From positions 186,001 to 250,000 of the forward strand of contig NZ_JMCB01000002.1 in NCBI RefSeq assembly GCF_000737315.1: a stretch of 64,000 bases of DNA, in the 5' to 3' direction. Under the pieces are notes generated by a model that did no database searches, was not told the origin of the DNA, and saw nothing but the letters and a program-made list of their open reading frames with translations. Every line of letters starts with the position of its first letter. The stretch's first letter is position 1. Shown piece by piece: positions 1-9,257 of the stretch. The translations under genes were made by a program, and so were the position numbers. The stretch is from Hyalangium minutum. GTDB taxonomy: Bacteria; Myxococcota; Myxococcia; Myxococcales; Myxococcaceae.

Positions 1-882
1 GTGGCGAACTGGGGCGAGCGCCGGCTCGTGCTCCGTCTTCCTGCCCGGCGCTTCGACCTGCAGCGCGCCAGGCCCTACCAGGAAGGCCGCCGCACCGCGG
101 TGCAGAGGAAGGGCGACCACGTCATGCTTCGCTTCGAGCTCGACGAAGCCTGGTCCGAGGACGTCCAGGGGGAAGGGTGGCTCACCTCCCTCCTGCCCCT
201 TCGCGAGGAGCTTCTCTCGGGAGATCTGCGCTCGCTCTATCTCGGGTGGCTGGCACAGGCCGCGCTGGGGCAGTTGAGTGCGGACGACGAGGAGCCGCCC
301 GTTCCCCCAGGGCTAGGCTCCCTCTCCTCAGCGCTCACCGCGCTCGCGGACTTCCTGCTCATCCCTCCCGAGCTGTTGGAGGTGGCCGCTCGGACCAGTG
401 CCGCTGAAAAGCCGGTGCCGCGCGAGGAGTTGGAGACGTGGGTTCAGGCGCTACCCGCGCTGGAAAAGGATGCCCTGCTGGTGCGGTTGATCGACAAGGC
501 CGGGGTGGCCCCTGGCCGAGTCGCGGAGAAGGCCATTCCTCCCCGGAGGCTGGTGGGCGCACTGCTCCGGGAAGCCGTAGCGCTCCAAAAAGCCAAGGAG
601 CGGCGGGAACAGGAGCGCCAGGTCGCGGCTCGGGAGAAGGAACTCGAGGCGCTCGCGGCCCAGGGCTCCGCTGCTTGGGGGCGGGTGGATCAGCTCTTCT
701 CCAGCCGTCGCCCCACGGATCATGCGGCCGGTGTGAGGCTCCTCGTGGACCTGAGAGAGGTCGCGCGCCGGAAGGGGACGGAGGACGCGTTCTCCCGCCG
801 CTTGGGCCAGCTCCGCGAGCGCAATGCCCGAAGAGCCGGGCTGATCTCCCGCATGGACAAGGAAGGCCTGCACGCACCCTGA
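1..882 (+). CDS. Conserved hypothetical protein, 5'-truncated by the window edge; lies directly upstream of the SWIM-SNF2 gene
   Basis: Open from base 1 to TGA at 880-882 with GC-rich codon usage. The ANWGxRRLxLRLP and LLPLREELLSGDLRSLYLGWL motifs resemble, from recollection, a bacterial family often found beside SWIM-finger genes. 21 bp from the next gene. Confidence 0.7.
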   Translation: MANWGERRLVLRLPARRFDLQRARPYQEGRRTAVQRKGDHVMLRFELDEAWSEDVQGEGWLTSLLPLREELLSGDLRSLYLGWLAQAALGQLSADDEEPPVPPGLGSLSSALTALADFLLIPPELLEVAARTSAAEKPVPREELETWVQALPALEKDALLVRLIDKAGVAPGRVAEKAIPPRRLVGALLREAVALQKAKERREQERQVAAREKELEALAAQGSAAWGRVDQLFSSRRPTDHAAGVRLLVDLREVARRKGTEDAFSRRLGQLRERNARRAGLISRMDKEGLHAP

Positions 883-903
883 ACTCCCGCCTCGCCTGAA
901 CGT

Positions 904-3900
904 ATGGCTCCTCCAGAGACCGAAACCCATCCCGAATCTTCTTCCCGCCGCGCAGCTCCTCAGCCGCTGGAGCCTCTGCGGAGGTGGCTCACCCGCGACG
1001 CGCTTTATGAGATAGCGGGCCCGCGGATGTACCGCCAGGGCCAGGCATGCCTGGCCCAGCACCGCGTGACTTCCTTCGAGGCACTACCCGACGTCCTCAC
1101 GGGGCAGGTGCTCAACCGCCGGGGACATCCCTACCCAGTCACCATCGGCACGGATGCGGATGGTTTCTCGGCGGAGTGCGAGTGCGAGCCCTTCTGGAAC
1201 GAGGGCTTCTGCAAGCATGCTGTCGCGCTGGGGCTGGCCTTTCTCCAAGCGGGGGGGGCCGTCTCGGAGCGGGCCCGGCCGCCGACCCGGTCCGAGCGGC
1301 CGCAGAGCTCCGAGCACCTTCAGGAGTGGTTGGAGGAGCACCACCTCGCTCATGCCCGGCGCATCCCCCTGGCCGTGGTGGAGCCCTTCCTGGAGCGGGG
1401 CTTCAATGGCACGCCCGGTTTCTATGGACTGGCGCACCTGCCCGTCACCGCGCCCTTGGATGGGTCTCTCGATTTGCGGCGGCAGGTGTTTGGGACCCCC
1501 GCGCAGAACCTGCTGCGCGAGGCCGTCTGGGCCTGGCTGGCTGCTGAGGCCGAGCGGGTTCGCAGGGGACTCGAATCCGAACAGGAGCGCGCCGCGGCGC
1601 CTCGTCCACCGCCCACCGATGTGCGGCTGATTCCCTGGAGAGAGGCGCTCGAGAGAGCCAGGGCGCGGGTGCGAGAGCAGGCCGTGCCTCGCCTGCTGCC
1701 GGGCAAGCCCGACATCACGATGCAAGAGCGCCCCTTGCTCCTCTTCATCGAGGAGCCGGGCAGTCCCTCTGCCGTCTTCGCGGGGAAGGACAGCTGGACG
1801 GGGATGATACGCGTGCGCGTGTCCGTGGATCCTCGCGCGCTGCTCGAGGAGCGGGGAGGGTTGTCCTGCTGGTGCACACCTGGAGGAGAAGCTCGCTGCG
1901 TCCATGTCCTCTCCGCACTTGATGCGTTGCTGGACATGCAGGGGGAGTCGCTCTGGGCCTCGTTCAACTCGAGGCTCGCGGAGCTGCTCTTCGAGCTGCC
2001 CGCCCGAGAGCTGCTCGCGGCTTTCGACAAGGCGGCCACCCAAGCGCCCGCGCAGACTCAAGGCAAGGAGGCCACGCGTGTCAGCTTCCGGCTGGAGGGG
2101 CTCGAACACCGGCAGCCCCACCTCCGCCTCTACACGCACAAGCCTCTGAAGAAGGGTGGCTTCTCCAAGGGAACGCCGGTGAGCTGGCGGAACCGGGAGG
2201 AGGCCCGCGCGCTGCTCTCGGATTCACGAGAGCTGGAGGCATTCGAGTTGGGCGAGCTCATCTCCCGGCTCTATACCTTCTCCGTCGACGGATACTTTCT
2301 GCTGCAGCGCGCGGTGAAGCTGCTGGCGCACAGCTCGCGGCTCTTTGCCGGGTCTCGGCTGGACACGCCCCTGCGGGTGCGGGAGGCGTCCCTCGGCCTC
2401 GCTTTCTCCGAGCGAGCGCCGGGGCTCACGGTCCATCCCGCCATCGACGGTGTCCCTGTGTCCCCTGACGCGCTGATGCCTCCGCCCTCGGGCTCCGAGG
2501 CTCCGCTGCCCTGGCTCCTGTTCGAGCCTGAGCTGCCTCGCCTCACGCTGGTGACGGTTCCGCCCGCGGCCCGTGAGGTGCTCACCAAGATAAAAGAGTA
2601 TGGGACGTGGCTCCCCGAGCATGTACGCCCGGCGGTGCTGCGCAAGCTCACGGAGCTGGAGTCCGCCTGTCCCGTGTTTCTCCCCGAGTCCCTGGAGGCT
2701 CGCCCAGTTCCGCCTGAGCCTGGATTCCTGCTGCGCCTACGGCCCGTGGGTGAGGAGTCGCTGGAAGCAGAGCTCCTCGTGCGGCCCCTTCCGGAGGCAC
2801 CCCCGCAGCATCCGGGTGAAGGCCCGCCCCGCGTGCGCGGCCAGCGCGAAGGAGAGCGGGTGGTGGTGATCCGGGATCTGGAGTCCGAGCGCTCCGCGGC
2901 CCTGACCCTGCGCGAGCGCCTCGGGGTGATGGCCACGGAGGCGCCGGGCTTCTTCCGATTAGAGGAGGCGGAAGCGACGCTCGACTTCCTGGAGCGGCTG
3001 GAGCCGCTGGCGGGGCCCGAGCTGCGTGTCGAGTGGGAGCAGCAGCCCTGGAAGGTCTCCCACGTGCCGGCGGCGCGGCGCTTGAAGGTGGAGGTGCTGC
3101 GCAAGCAGGATTGGTTCGGAGTCGACGGCGGTATGGAGGTGGATGGTGAGCGGGTGGAGCTGTCCGCGTTGCTCGAGGCCCTGCGCCAACGCCGCCGCTT
3201 CGTGCGCCTGAGCCCGGGGCACTTCCTGAGGCTGACCGAGGAGCTGCGGGAGCGCCTCACGCCCCTCTCGGATCTGGCGCATCCCACCCGCGAGGGCTTG
3301 GAGGTGAGCAAAGCCGCGGCACCCGTGCTGGATGCCCTCGCCGAGGCAGGTGTGGAGGTGCAGGCCCCACCCGATTGGCGCCGGCTCTCCACCCGCATTC
3401 GCAAGGCCCAGCAGCGCACCTTGGCGCTCCCCGCCGGTTTGAAGGCGGAGCTGCGCGACTACCAGCGCGAGGGCTTCCTCTGGATGGCCCGGCTCGCGGA
3501 GTGGGGCGGAGGGGCCTGCCTTGCCGATGACATGGGGCTCGGTAAGACGCTGCAGACGTTGGCGCTGCTGCTGCATCGCGCCAAGGCAGGACCTGCGCTC
3601 GTGGTGGCTCCGACTTCCGTCTGCTTCAACTGGGCGGCCGAGGCTGCTCGCTTCACTCCCTCCCTGCGGGTGAAGTCCTACCGCGAGGCGGACCGCGAGC
3701 GGCTCCTCAAGGAGCTGAAGGCGGGGGACGTGCTGCTGATCAGCTATGGGCTCCTCGTTCGCGATGCCGAGCGGCTCGGGCAAGTGGCCTTTGCCACCCT
3801 GGTGGTGGACGAGGCCCAGGCCGCGAAGAACCCAGACACGGCTCGCGCCAAGGCGCTCCGGGGGCTCCAGGCCGAGGCGCGGATCGCGCTCACGGGCACC

Positions 3901-4848
3901 CCCGTGGAGAACCGGCTCTCCGAGCTGTGGAGCTTGTTCCGCATCGTCTTCCCGGGGCTGCTCGGTAGCCGCGAGTCCTTCCGCAAGCGCTTCTCCGAGC
4001 CCATCGAGCGAGAGCGAGACCCTGCCGCCCGCGCCGCGCTCTCCCGCGTGCTGCGTCCTTTTCTTCTGCGCCGCACCAAGGCCGAGGTGGCACGCGAGCT
4101 GCCTCCGCGCATCGAGACGGTCGTCCCAGTCGTGCTCTCGGAAGGGGAACGCCGGCTCTACGAGCAGATGCGGCTCGCGGCGCTCGCTAGCGTCGGTGCT
4201 CATGCGGAGGAGGGCCAGCGCTTCGAGCTGCTGGCGGCCCTCACCCGGCTGCGGCAGCTGGCCTGTCACCCTCGGCTGGGAGATCCGGACTCGACCCTGC
4301 CCTCTTCGAAGCTGGAGCGCCTGCTGGAGCGCGTCGACGAGCTGCGGGCCGAGGGAGGCCGGGCGCTCATCTTCAGCCAGTTCGTCCAATTCCTGGGGCT
4401 GGCCCGGGAGGCGCTAGCGGAGCGCGGGTTCTCCGTGCAGTACCTGGACGGGCAGACGCCCCCCGCCGAGCGGCAAGCCCGAGTGGAGGCCTTCCAGCGC
4501 GGCGAGGGGGATGTCTTCCTGATCTCCCTCAAGGCGGGAGGCACGGGGCTGAACCTCACTGCGGCCGACCATGTCATCCACCTGGACCCCTGGTGGAACC
4601 CGGCGGTGGAGGATCAGGCCACCGATCGCGCGCATCGCATCGGGCAGACCCGCCCCGTCACCGTCTCTCGGCTCGTGTCCCAGGGGACCATCGAGGAGGC
4701 CATCCTCGCGCTCCACGCCGAGAAGCGGGAGTTGGCCTCGAACCTGCTCTCCGAGGCCGATGGCGCCGCCGCCCTCACCCCCGAGCAGCTCCTGAACCTG
4801 CTGCGCTTCAGCTCCGTCCCGGAGGCCGAGCCTGTCCCCGCAACATAA
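904..4848 (+). CDS. SWIM zinc-finger SNF2-family (DEAD/DEAH-like) helicase/ATPase
   Basis: Two SWIM-type CxCxnCxH motifs (CECEPFWNEGFCKH, CWCTPGGEARCVH). SNF2 motifs: LRDYQREG, LADDMGLGKT, VDEAQ, LTGTPVEN, FLLRRTK, SLKAGGTGLNL, DPWWNPAVEDQATDRAHRIGQ. Confidence 0.93.
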   Translation: MAPPETETHPESSSRRAAPQPLEPLRRWLTRDALYEIAGPRMYRQGQACLAQHRVTSFEALPDVLTGQVLNRRGHPYPVTIGTDADGFSAECECEPFWNEGFCKHAVALGLAFLQAGGAVSERARPPTRSERPQSSEHLQEWLEEHHLAHARRIPLAVVEPFLERGFNGTPGFYGLAHLPVTAPLDGSLDLRRQVFGTPAQNLLREAVWAWLAAEAERVRRGLESEQERAAAPRPPPTDVRLIPWREALERARARVREQAVPRLLPGKPDITMQERPLLLFIEEPGSPSAVFAGKDSWTGMIRVRVSVDPRALLEERGGLSCWCTPGGEARCVHVLSALDALLDMQGESLWASFNSRLAELLFELPARELLAAFDKAATQAPAQTQGKEATRVSFRLEGLEHRQPHLRLYTHKPLKKGGFSKGTPVSWRNREEARALLSDSRELEAFELGELISRLYTFSVDGYFLLQRAVKLLAHSSRLFAGSRLDTPLRVREASLGLAFSERAPGLTVHPAIDGVPVSPDALMPPPSGSEAPLPWLLFEPELPRLTLVTVPPAAREVLTKIKEYGTWLPEHVRPAVLRKLTELESACPVFLPESLEARPVPPEPGFLLRLRPVGEESLEAELLVRPLPEAPPQHPGEGPPRVRGQREGERVVVIRDLESERSAALTLRERLGVMATEAPGFFRLEEAEATLDFLERLEPLAGPELRVEWEQQPWKVSHVPAARRLKVEVLRKQDWFGVDGGMEVDGERVELSALLEALRQRRRFVRLSPGHFLRLTEELRERLTPLSDLAHPTREGLEVSKAAAPVLDALAEAGVEVQAPPDWRRLSTRIRKAQQRTLALPAGLKAELRDYQREGFLWMARLAEWGGGACLADDMGLGKTLQTLALLLHRAKAGPALVVAPTSVCFNWAAEAARFTPSLRVKSYREADRERLLKELKAGDVLLISYGLLVRDAERLGQVAFATLVVDEAQAAKNPDTARAKALRGLQAEARIALTGTPVENRLSELWSLFRIVFPGLLGSRESFRKRFSEPIERERDPAARAALSRVLRPFLLRRTKAEVARELPPRIETVVPVVLSEGERRLYEQMRLAALASVGAHAEEGQRFELLAALTRLRQLACHPRLGDPDSTLPSSKLERLLERVDELRAEGGRALIFSQFVQFLGLAREALAERGFSVQYLDGQTPPAERQARVEAFQRGEGDVFLISLKAGGTGLNLTAADHVIHLDPWWNPAVEDQATDRAHRIGQTRPVTVSRLVSQGTIEEAILALHAEKRELASNLLSEADGAAALTPEQLLNLLRFSSVPEAEPVPAT

Positions 4849-4944
4849 GAGAGGGATGTAACAGGTCGAGCCATCCGCCCCAACTCCTGGGAATATGCGC
4901 GCCGACTTCGAGTTCGGCACGTTTGTCAGCCAAGGGAGAGGTGG

Positions 4945-6324
4945 ATGCACCGTCAACAGTGGCTCATCATGGGGTTGGCGCTCTTGGTGGGCTCGGCCGC
5001 AGGAGCACAGGGCCGGTCCGGGAAGAGCGAGCAATCCCGGCTCGGTGCAGGCATCGAGGCCAAGACGCTGAAAAATGGACTGAAGATCATCGTCTGGCCG
5101 GACCACGACATCCCCAACGTGGCCCTCTACAACTTCTTCCGCGTCGGCAGCCGCAACGAGCGCCCCGGCATCACCGGCTTGTCCCACTTCTTCGAGCACA
5201 TGATGTTCAACGGCGCAAAGAAGTACGGCCCTGGCCAGTTCGACTCCGTCATGGAGGCCGCGGGCGGCAGCAACAACGCCACCACGTCCGAGGACACCAC
5301 CCTCTATATGGATTGGTTCCCTCGCTCGGCGCTGGAGACCATCTTCGACCTCGAGGGAGACCGGCTGGCGAACCTGGCCTTCGATCCGAAGATCATCGAG
5401 AGCGAGCGCGGGGTGGTCTACTCGGAGCGGCGCTCGGGGGTGGACAACGACAACACAGGGGCGCTGCTGGAGCAGGTGCAGGCGACGGCGTACGTCGCGC
5501 ATCCGTACCAGTTCCCCGTCATTGGCTGGCCCTCGGACATCGAATCCTGGCGCATGGAGGACCTGCAGCGCTTCTTCCAGACGTACTACGCACCCAATAA
5601 CGCCACGTTGGTGGTGGTGGGCGCGGTGACGCCTGCGGAAGTGTTTGCGCTGGCGGAGAAGCACTTGGGCGCCATCCCCTCTCAGCCGCCGCCCGAGCCG
5701 GTGCGCACCAAGGAGCCCGAGCAGCAGGGCGAGAAGCGCGTGGTGGTGCGCCGCTCGGCCCAGGCCCCGTTGTTCCAGGTGGCCTACCACGCGGTGGACG
5801 CGAAGGATCCAGACCTCGCCGCGTTGGAACTGCTGATGAACATCCTGGCGGAGGGAGAGTCTTCGCGGCTCCACCGGCGGCTGGTGGAAGAGGAGCGGGT
5901 GGCCATCCACGTGGGCAGCCTCTTCAACACCACGTTTGATCCGTCCCTCGCGTTGTTCCTGGTGGACCTGCCGCCGGGCGGAGACGTGGGCCGGGTGGAG
6001 AAGCTGTTCGGCGAGGAGCTGGAGAAGGTCCGCGCGCAGGGCGTCACCGACGCGGAGCTGCGCAAGGCCAAGAACACCACCGTGGCGGACTTCTGGCGCG
6101 GAATGGAGACGAACAATCACCGGGCGCACTTGCTGGGCACCTATGAGGTCTTCCACGGCGACTGGCGTCGGCTGTTCGATGCGCCTGCCCGCTACGAGCA
6201 GGTGACGCGGGAGCAGATTCGCAAGGTGGCTGGGCGCATCTTCGACTCGAACCACCGCACGGTGGGAGTGCTGTTACCCACGGAGGGAGCCGAAGCTCCG
6301 GCAGGGAAGGAGGCGGGACGATGA
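4945..6324 (+). CDS. M16 family (insulinase/pitrilysin-like) zinc peptidase, catalytic subunit, secreted
   Basis: Inverted zinc motif HxxEH (SHFFEHMMF), [18 protein letters not shown]; N-terminal signal peptide. Confidence 0.93.
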   Translation: MHRQQWLIMGLALLVGSAAGAQGRSGKSEQSRLGAGIEAKTLKNGLKIIVWPDHDIPNVALYNFFRVGSRNERPGITGLSHFFEHMMFNGAKKYGPGQFDSVMEAAGGSNNATTSEDTTLYMDWFPRSALETIFDLEGDRLANLAFDPKIIESERGVVYSERRSGVDNDNTGALLEQVQATAYVAHPYQFPVIGWPSDIESWRMEDLQRFFQTYYAPNNATLVVVGAVTPAEVFALAEKHLGAIPSQPPPEPVRTKEPEQQGEKRVVVRRSAQAPLFQVAYHAVDAKDPDLAALELLMNILAEGESSRLHRRLVEEERVAIHVGSLFNTTFDPSLALFLVDLPPGGDVGRVEKLFGEELEKVRAQGVTDAELRKAKNTTVADFWRGMETNNHRAHLLGTYEVFHGDWRRLFDAPARYEQVTREQIRKVAGRIFDSNHRTVGVLLPTEGAEAPAGKEAGR

Positions 6325-7760
6325 GCGGCAAGGTGGCTCAGGCAGCGCTCGCGGCGCTGCTGGTGACGACCGTGGCGGGAGCCCAGGGAGCAAAGCCCGC
6401 GGAGCCGGCGAAGGCGCAGGGCGTGCAGTTGCCCAAGGCGACGGTGATCGAGCTGAAGAACGGAACCCGGCTCATCCTTGCGGAGAAGCACGGCGTGCCG
6501 CTCGTCTCCTTCAGCGCGTGGCTGCGTGGGGGAAGCCTGGGCGAGCCCCAGGGCAAGGAGGGCCTGGCGTGGCTCACCGGGGAGCTGCTGCTCAAGGGGG
6601 CCGGGAAGCGCAACGCCCAGCAGTTCGCGGAGACGGTGGATGGCGTGGGCGCCGATTTCAACGTGTCGGCGACGCGCGAGGCGCTGCTGGTGGATGGGCA
6701 GTTCCTGGCGCGGGACATCCCGCTGATGGTGGAGCTGCTCTCGGATGTGTTGATGCGGCCCCGCTTCGAGCCGGGCGAGTTCGACAAGATGCGGGACCGG
6801 ATGGTCTCCGAGATCGCCGCGGCGAAGGACGGGGATCCGCGGGGCCTCATGGGCTTCTATTTCCTCGCCTTCCACTTCGCGGGCCACCCCTACGGGCGGC
6901 CAGTGATTGGCAGCGAGGCCTCGATTGCCACGCTCACGCGCGATGACGTGCAGGGGTACGCGAAGGCCCAGCTGGGGGGGGATCGCCTCATCCTCAGCGT
7001 GGTGGGGGACTTCGACACGAAGCAGCTGGCCAGCCGGTTGGAGGCCGCCCTCGGAGGTTGGGCCAAGGCTCCGGCTCCGGCTCCCGTGGTGCCGCCCACG
7101 GCCCCGGTCAAGGGCAGGCGTGTGTTGCTGGTGGACAAGCCGGACGCCACCCAGACGTACTTCTGGATCGGCAACACGGGCATCGCGCGCAATGACCCGG
7201 ACCGGGTCGACGTGACGCTGGCCAACACGCTGCTCGGCGGGCGTTTCACCTCGCTGCTGAACACGGAGCTGCGCGTGAAGACGGGCCTGAGCTACGGCGC
7301 CAACTCCCTGGTGATGAAAGAGACGCAGCCGGGCGTGGTGGCGATCTCCTCCTACACCAAGACGGAGTCCACGGGCCGGGCCATCGACCTGGCGCTGGAG
7401 GTGCTCAACCGCTACCGGCGCGAGGGCATGGATGACGCGGTGCTCGCCTCCACCCGGTCCTTCGTCCTGGGCCAGTTCCCGCCCACGCTCGAGACGAGCG
7501 CCCAAGTGGCCATGAAGCTGTCGGAGCTGGCCTTCTATGGGCTTGATGGCCGGGACGTGGACAACTTCGCCGCGGACGTGATGGGCGCCAGCCGCGAGCA
7601 CATCCACCAGGTGATGCAGCGCGTGCTGCCGGCACCGGAGGACCTGACCCTCGTGCTCATTGGCAAGGCGTCCGCCATCCGCGAGGCCGCCCGCCGCTAT
7701 GGGCCCGTGACGGAGATGAAGCTGTCCGACAAGACCTTCGCGCCCGCGCCCAAGCGCTGA
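6321..7760 (+). CDS. M16 family peptidase-like protein, non-catalytic subunit
   Basis: M16-type motifs (TLKNG-like start, [28 protein letters not shown]) but no HxxEH (LAWLTGELL at that position). ATGA overlap with the previous gene; signal peptide. Confidence 0.88.
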   Translation: MSGKVAQAALAALLVTTVAGAQGAKPAEPAKAQGVQLPKATVIELKNGTRLILAEKHGVPLVSFSAWLRGGSLGEPQGKEGLAWLTGELLLKGAGKRNAQQFAETVDGVGADFNVSATREALLVDGQFLARDIPLMVELLSDVLMRPRFEPGEFDKMRDRMVSEIAAAKDGDPRGLMGFYFLAFHFAGHPYGRPVIGSEASIATLTRDDVQGYAKAQLGGDRLILSVVGDFDTKQLASRLEAALGGWAKAPAPAPVVPPTAPVKGRRVLLVDKPDATQTYFWIGNTGIARNDPDRVDVTLANTLLGGRFTSLLNTELRVKTGLSYGANSLVMKETQPGVVAISSYTKTESTGRAIDLALEVLNRYRREGMDDAVLASTRSFVLGQFPPTLETSAQVAMKLSELAFYGLDGRDVDNFAADVMGASREHIHQVMQRVLPAPEDLTLVLIGKASAIREAARRYGPVTEMKLSDKTFAPAPKR

Positions 7761-7784
7761 GGCTCGCTGGGACGGCAAGGTCCG

Positions 7785-8978
7785 CTACTGCGCTTGCGCG
7801 CGGTAGCGGGCCATGCACCGCTGGAAGCGCTGATCCACCGAGCGCGCGAACCACGCCGTGGTGCGCTCCCGGCTCAGCTTGGGGCTGTGGAGGGTGACCT
7901 CGGGCAGCTGCGCGTACTCGGGACGCTTGCCCGTCACCTTCTGATAGCGGGCCTTCACCGCGCGCCACGTGTCCGTCTCCTCGAAGTCCCGTTGCTTCTC
8001 CTTCCGCGCATCGCGGCGCACCTGGCGCTCGCTCAGCTCGGGCGCGTGGCGAGCCCGGAAGGCCAACAGCGCCGCGAGGGTGCGGCTGTCCTCGTCCTTG
8101 GGCTCTCCCTCCTTGTCATAAAGGAGCAGGTCCCCATCCCGCGCTAGCGGCAGCCGCATCAGCTCGCTCACCTGAGCCTGCAGCGCCGCGTTGCGCGAGG
8201 AGTAGAGCCCCGAGTTGTAGTCCGCGAAGCGGTAGAGCGGCTGGCTGTAGCCGGCCTCGTACCCCAGCAGCCGCGCCGTGCCGTAGCGCACGCCCCCGGC
8301 GCGCGTGTAGAGCTCCTCACGAACCTCGGCTTCGGGCCGGTCCTCGTCGTTCTGCTCCCGCGCGAAGCGCACGCTCACCTGCATGGAGCCTGCGGTGGTG
8401 ATGGGGTTGAGCTCCTCCAGGCTCTGCGAATTCACCAGCTCGCTGGCGAGATCCGCCGCCGTGTACACCGCCGGGTACTGCTCCTCGTAGGCCTTCAGCA
8501 GCTCGCGGAAGAACCGATCCAGATCCGCCTCCGTCCGCACCGCCTTGAGGCGCGCTTCAAACGTCTGCGACTGGCCCGGGGCGCGGTGCTGCAGCAGCGC
8601 CTCCAGCGCCTTGCGCCCCACCACGCCCAGCTTCCCCGCGTAGACATCCAGCCGCTTGCGGACGATGCGCGGCAGCTCCTTCACCACCGGGTTGGCCTGG
8701 AAGCCGGACTCCTGCTCAATGACGGCGAGCACCTCGCACACGGGCTCGGCCCACGGGTGCACTCGCCGCGCCTCCAGCGCCACCACCACGTCCTGGGCCC
8801 ACCCCTCGCGCTCGGACACCTGCGGCGGCAGCAGCTTCGCCACCTGCGCCACGCTGAGCTTCGGCGGGAGCGGCGCAGGGGGTTCCGAGCCCCTCAGACC
8901 CCTCGTCCCGCAGCTCGCAAACACCAGCAGTGCGCCCACTGCAAGAAACACCCCCTTTGATACTGATGGAAATTTCAT
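7785..8978 (-). CDS. DUF1615 (YaiW-like) lipoprotein
   Basis: Lipobox FASC. Motifs LAVIEQESGF, NPITTAGSMQVS, YRFADYNSGLYSSRNAALQ and final SPKLSRERTTAWFARSV match what I recall of DUF1615. Confidence 0.78.
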   Translation of the reverse strand: MKFPSVSKGVFLAVGALLVFASCGTRGLRGSEPPAPLPPKLSVAQVAKLLPPQVSEREGWAQDVVVALEARRVHPWAEPVCEVLAVIEQESGFQANPVVKELPRIVRKRLDVYAGKLGVVGRKALEALLQHRAPGQSQTFEARLKAVRTEADLDRFFRELLKAYEEQYPAVYTAADLASELVNSQSLEELNPITTAGSMQVSVRFAREQNDEDRPEAEVREELYTRAGGVRYGTARLLGYEAGYSQPLYRFADYNSGLYSSRNAALQAQVSELMRLPLARDGDLLLYDKEGEPKDEDSRTLAALLAFRARHAPELSERQVRRDARKEKQRDFEETDTWRAVKARYQKVTGKRPEYAQLPEVTLHSPKLSRERTTAWFARSVDQRFQRCMARYRAQAQ

Positions 8979-9064
8979 TCTCCACTGTCCGGGTGGGCGG
9001 GTCGGAAAACACTCTGTTTCACGCCATGTTAGGGGAAAGGGTTTTCGACTCGCACTGCAGGCCC

Positions 9065-9175
9065 TTCTTCTAACACTCCGAGAGTGTTGAAGAATTCCGG
9101 AAAACCTAAACCGGTATACACAGTGAGAACCGACTAATACGTTATTTTTCTAATTGTGGCTCAAATTGTGAGAAC
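9065..9175. promoter_or_regulatory. AT-rich divergent intergenic region with an inverted repeat and short direct repeats (candidate operator sites)
   Basis: TTCTTC(T)AACACTC-cga-GAGTGTTGAAGAA at 9065-9094. AATTGTG at 9152 and 9164; GTGAGAAC at 9123 and 9168. Lies between the DUF1615 and M4 peptidase starts. Confidence 0.4.
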
Positions 9176-9257
9176 GTACTTCCGAAAAAAAGAAGTTGCT
9201 CTGATGTTTACCCGCATGTCACGAATCCCGGGCTTTTCCCCCGAGGAGGTAGTCCGT

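Noticed and set aside
9164-9172. AATTGTGAG, identical to a lac operator half-site
   Set aside because: Only one half-site with no symmetric partner; likely chance in an AT-rich stretch and not evidence of vector contamination.
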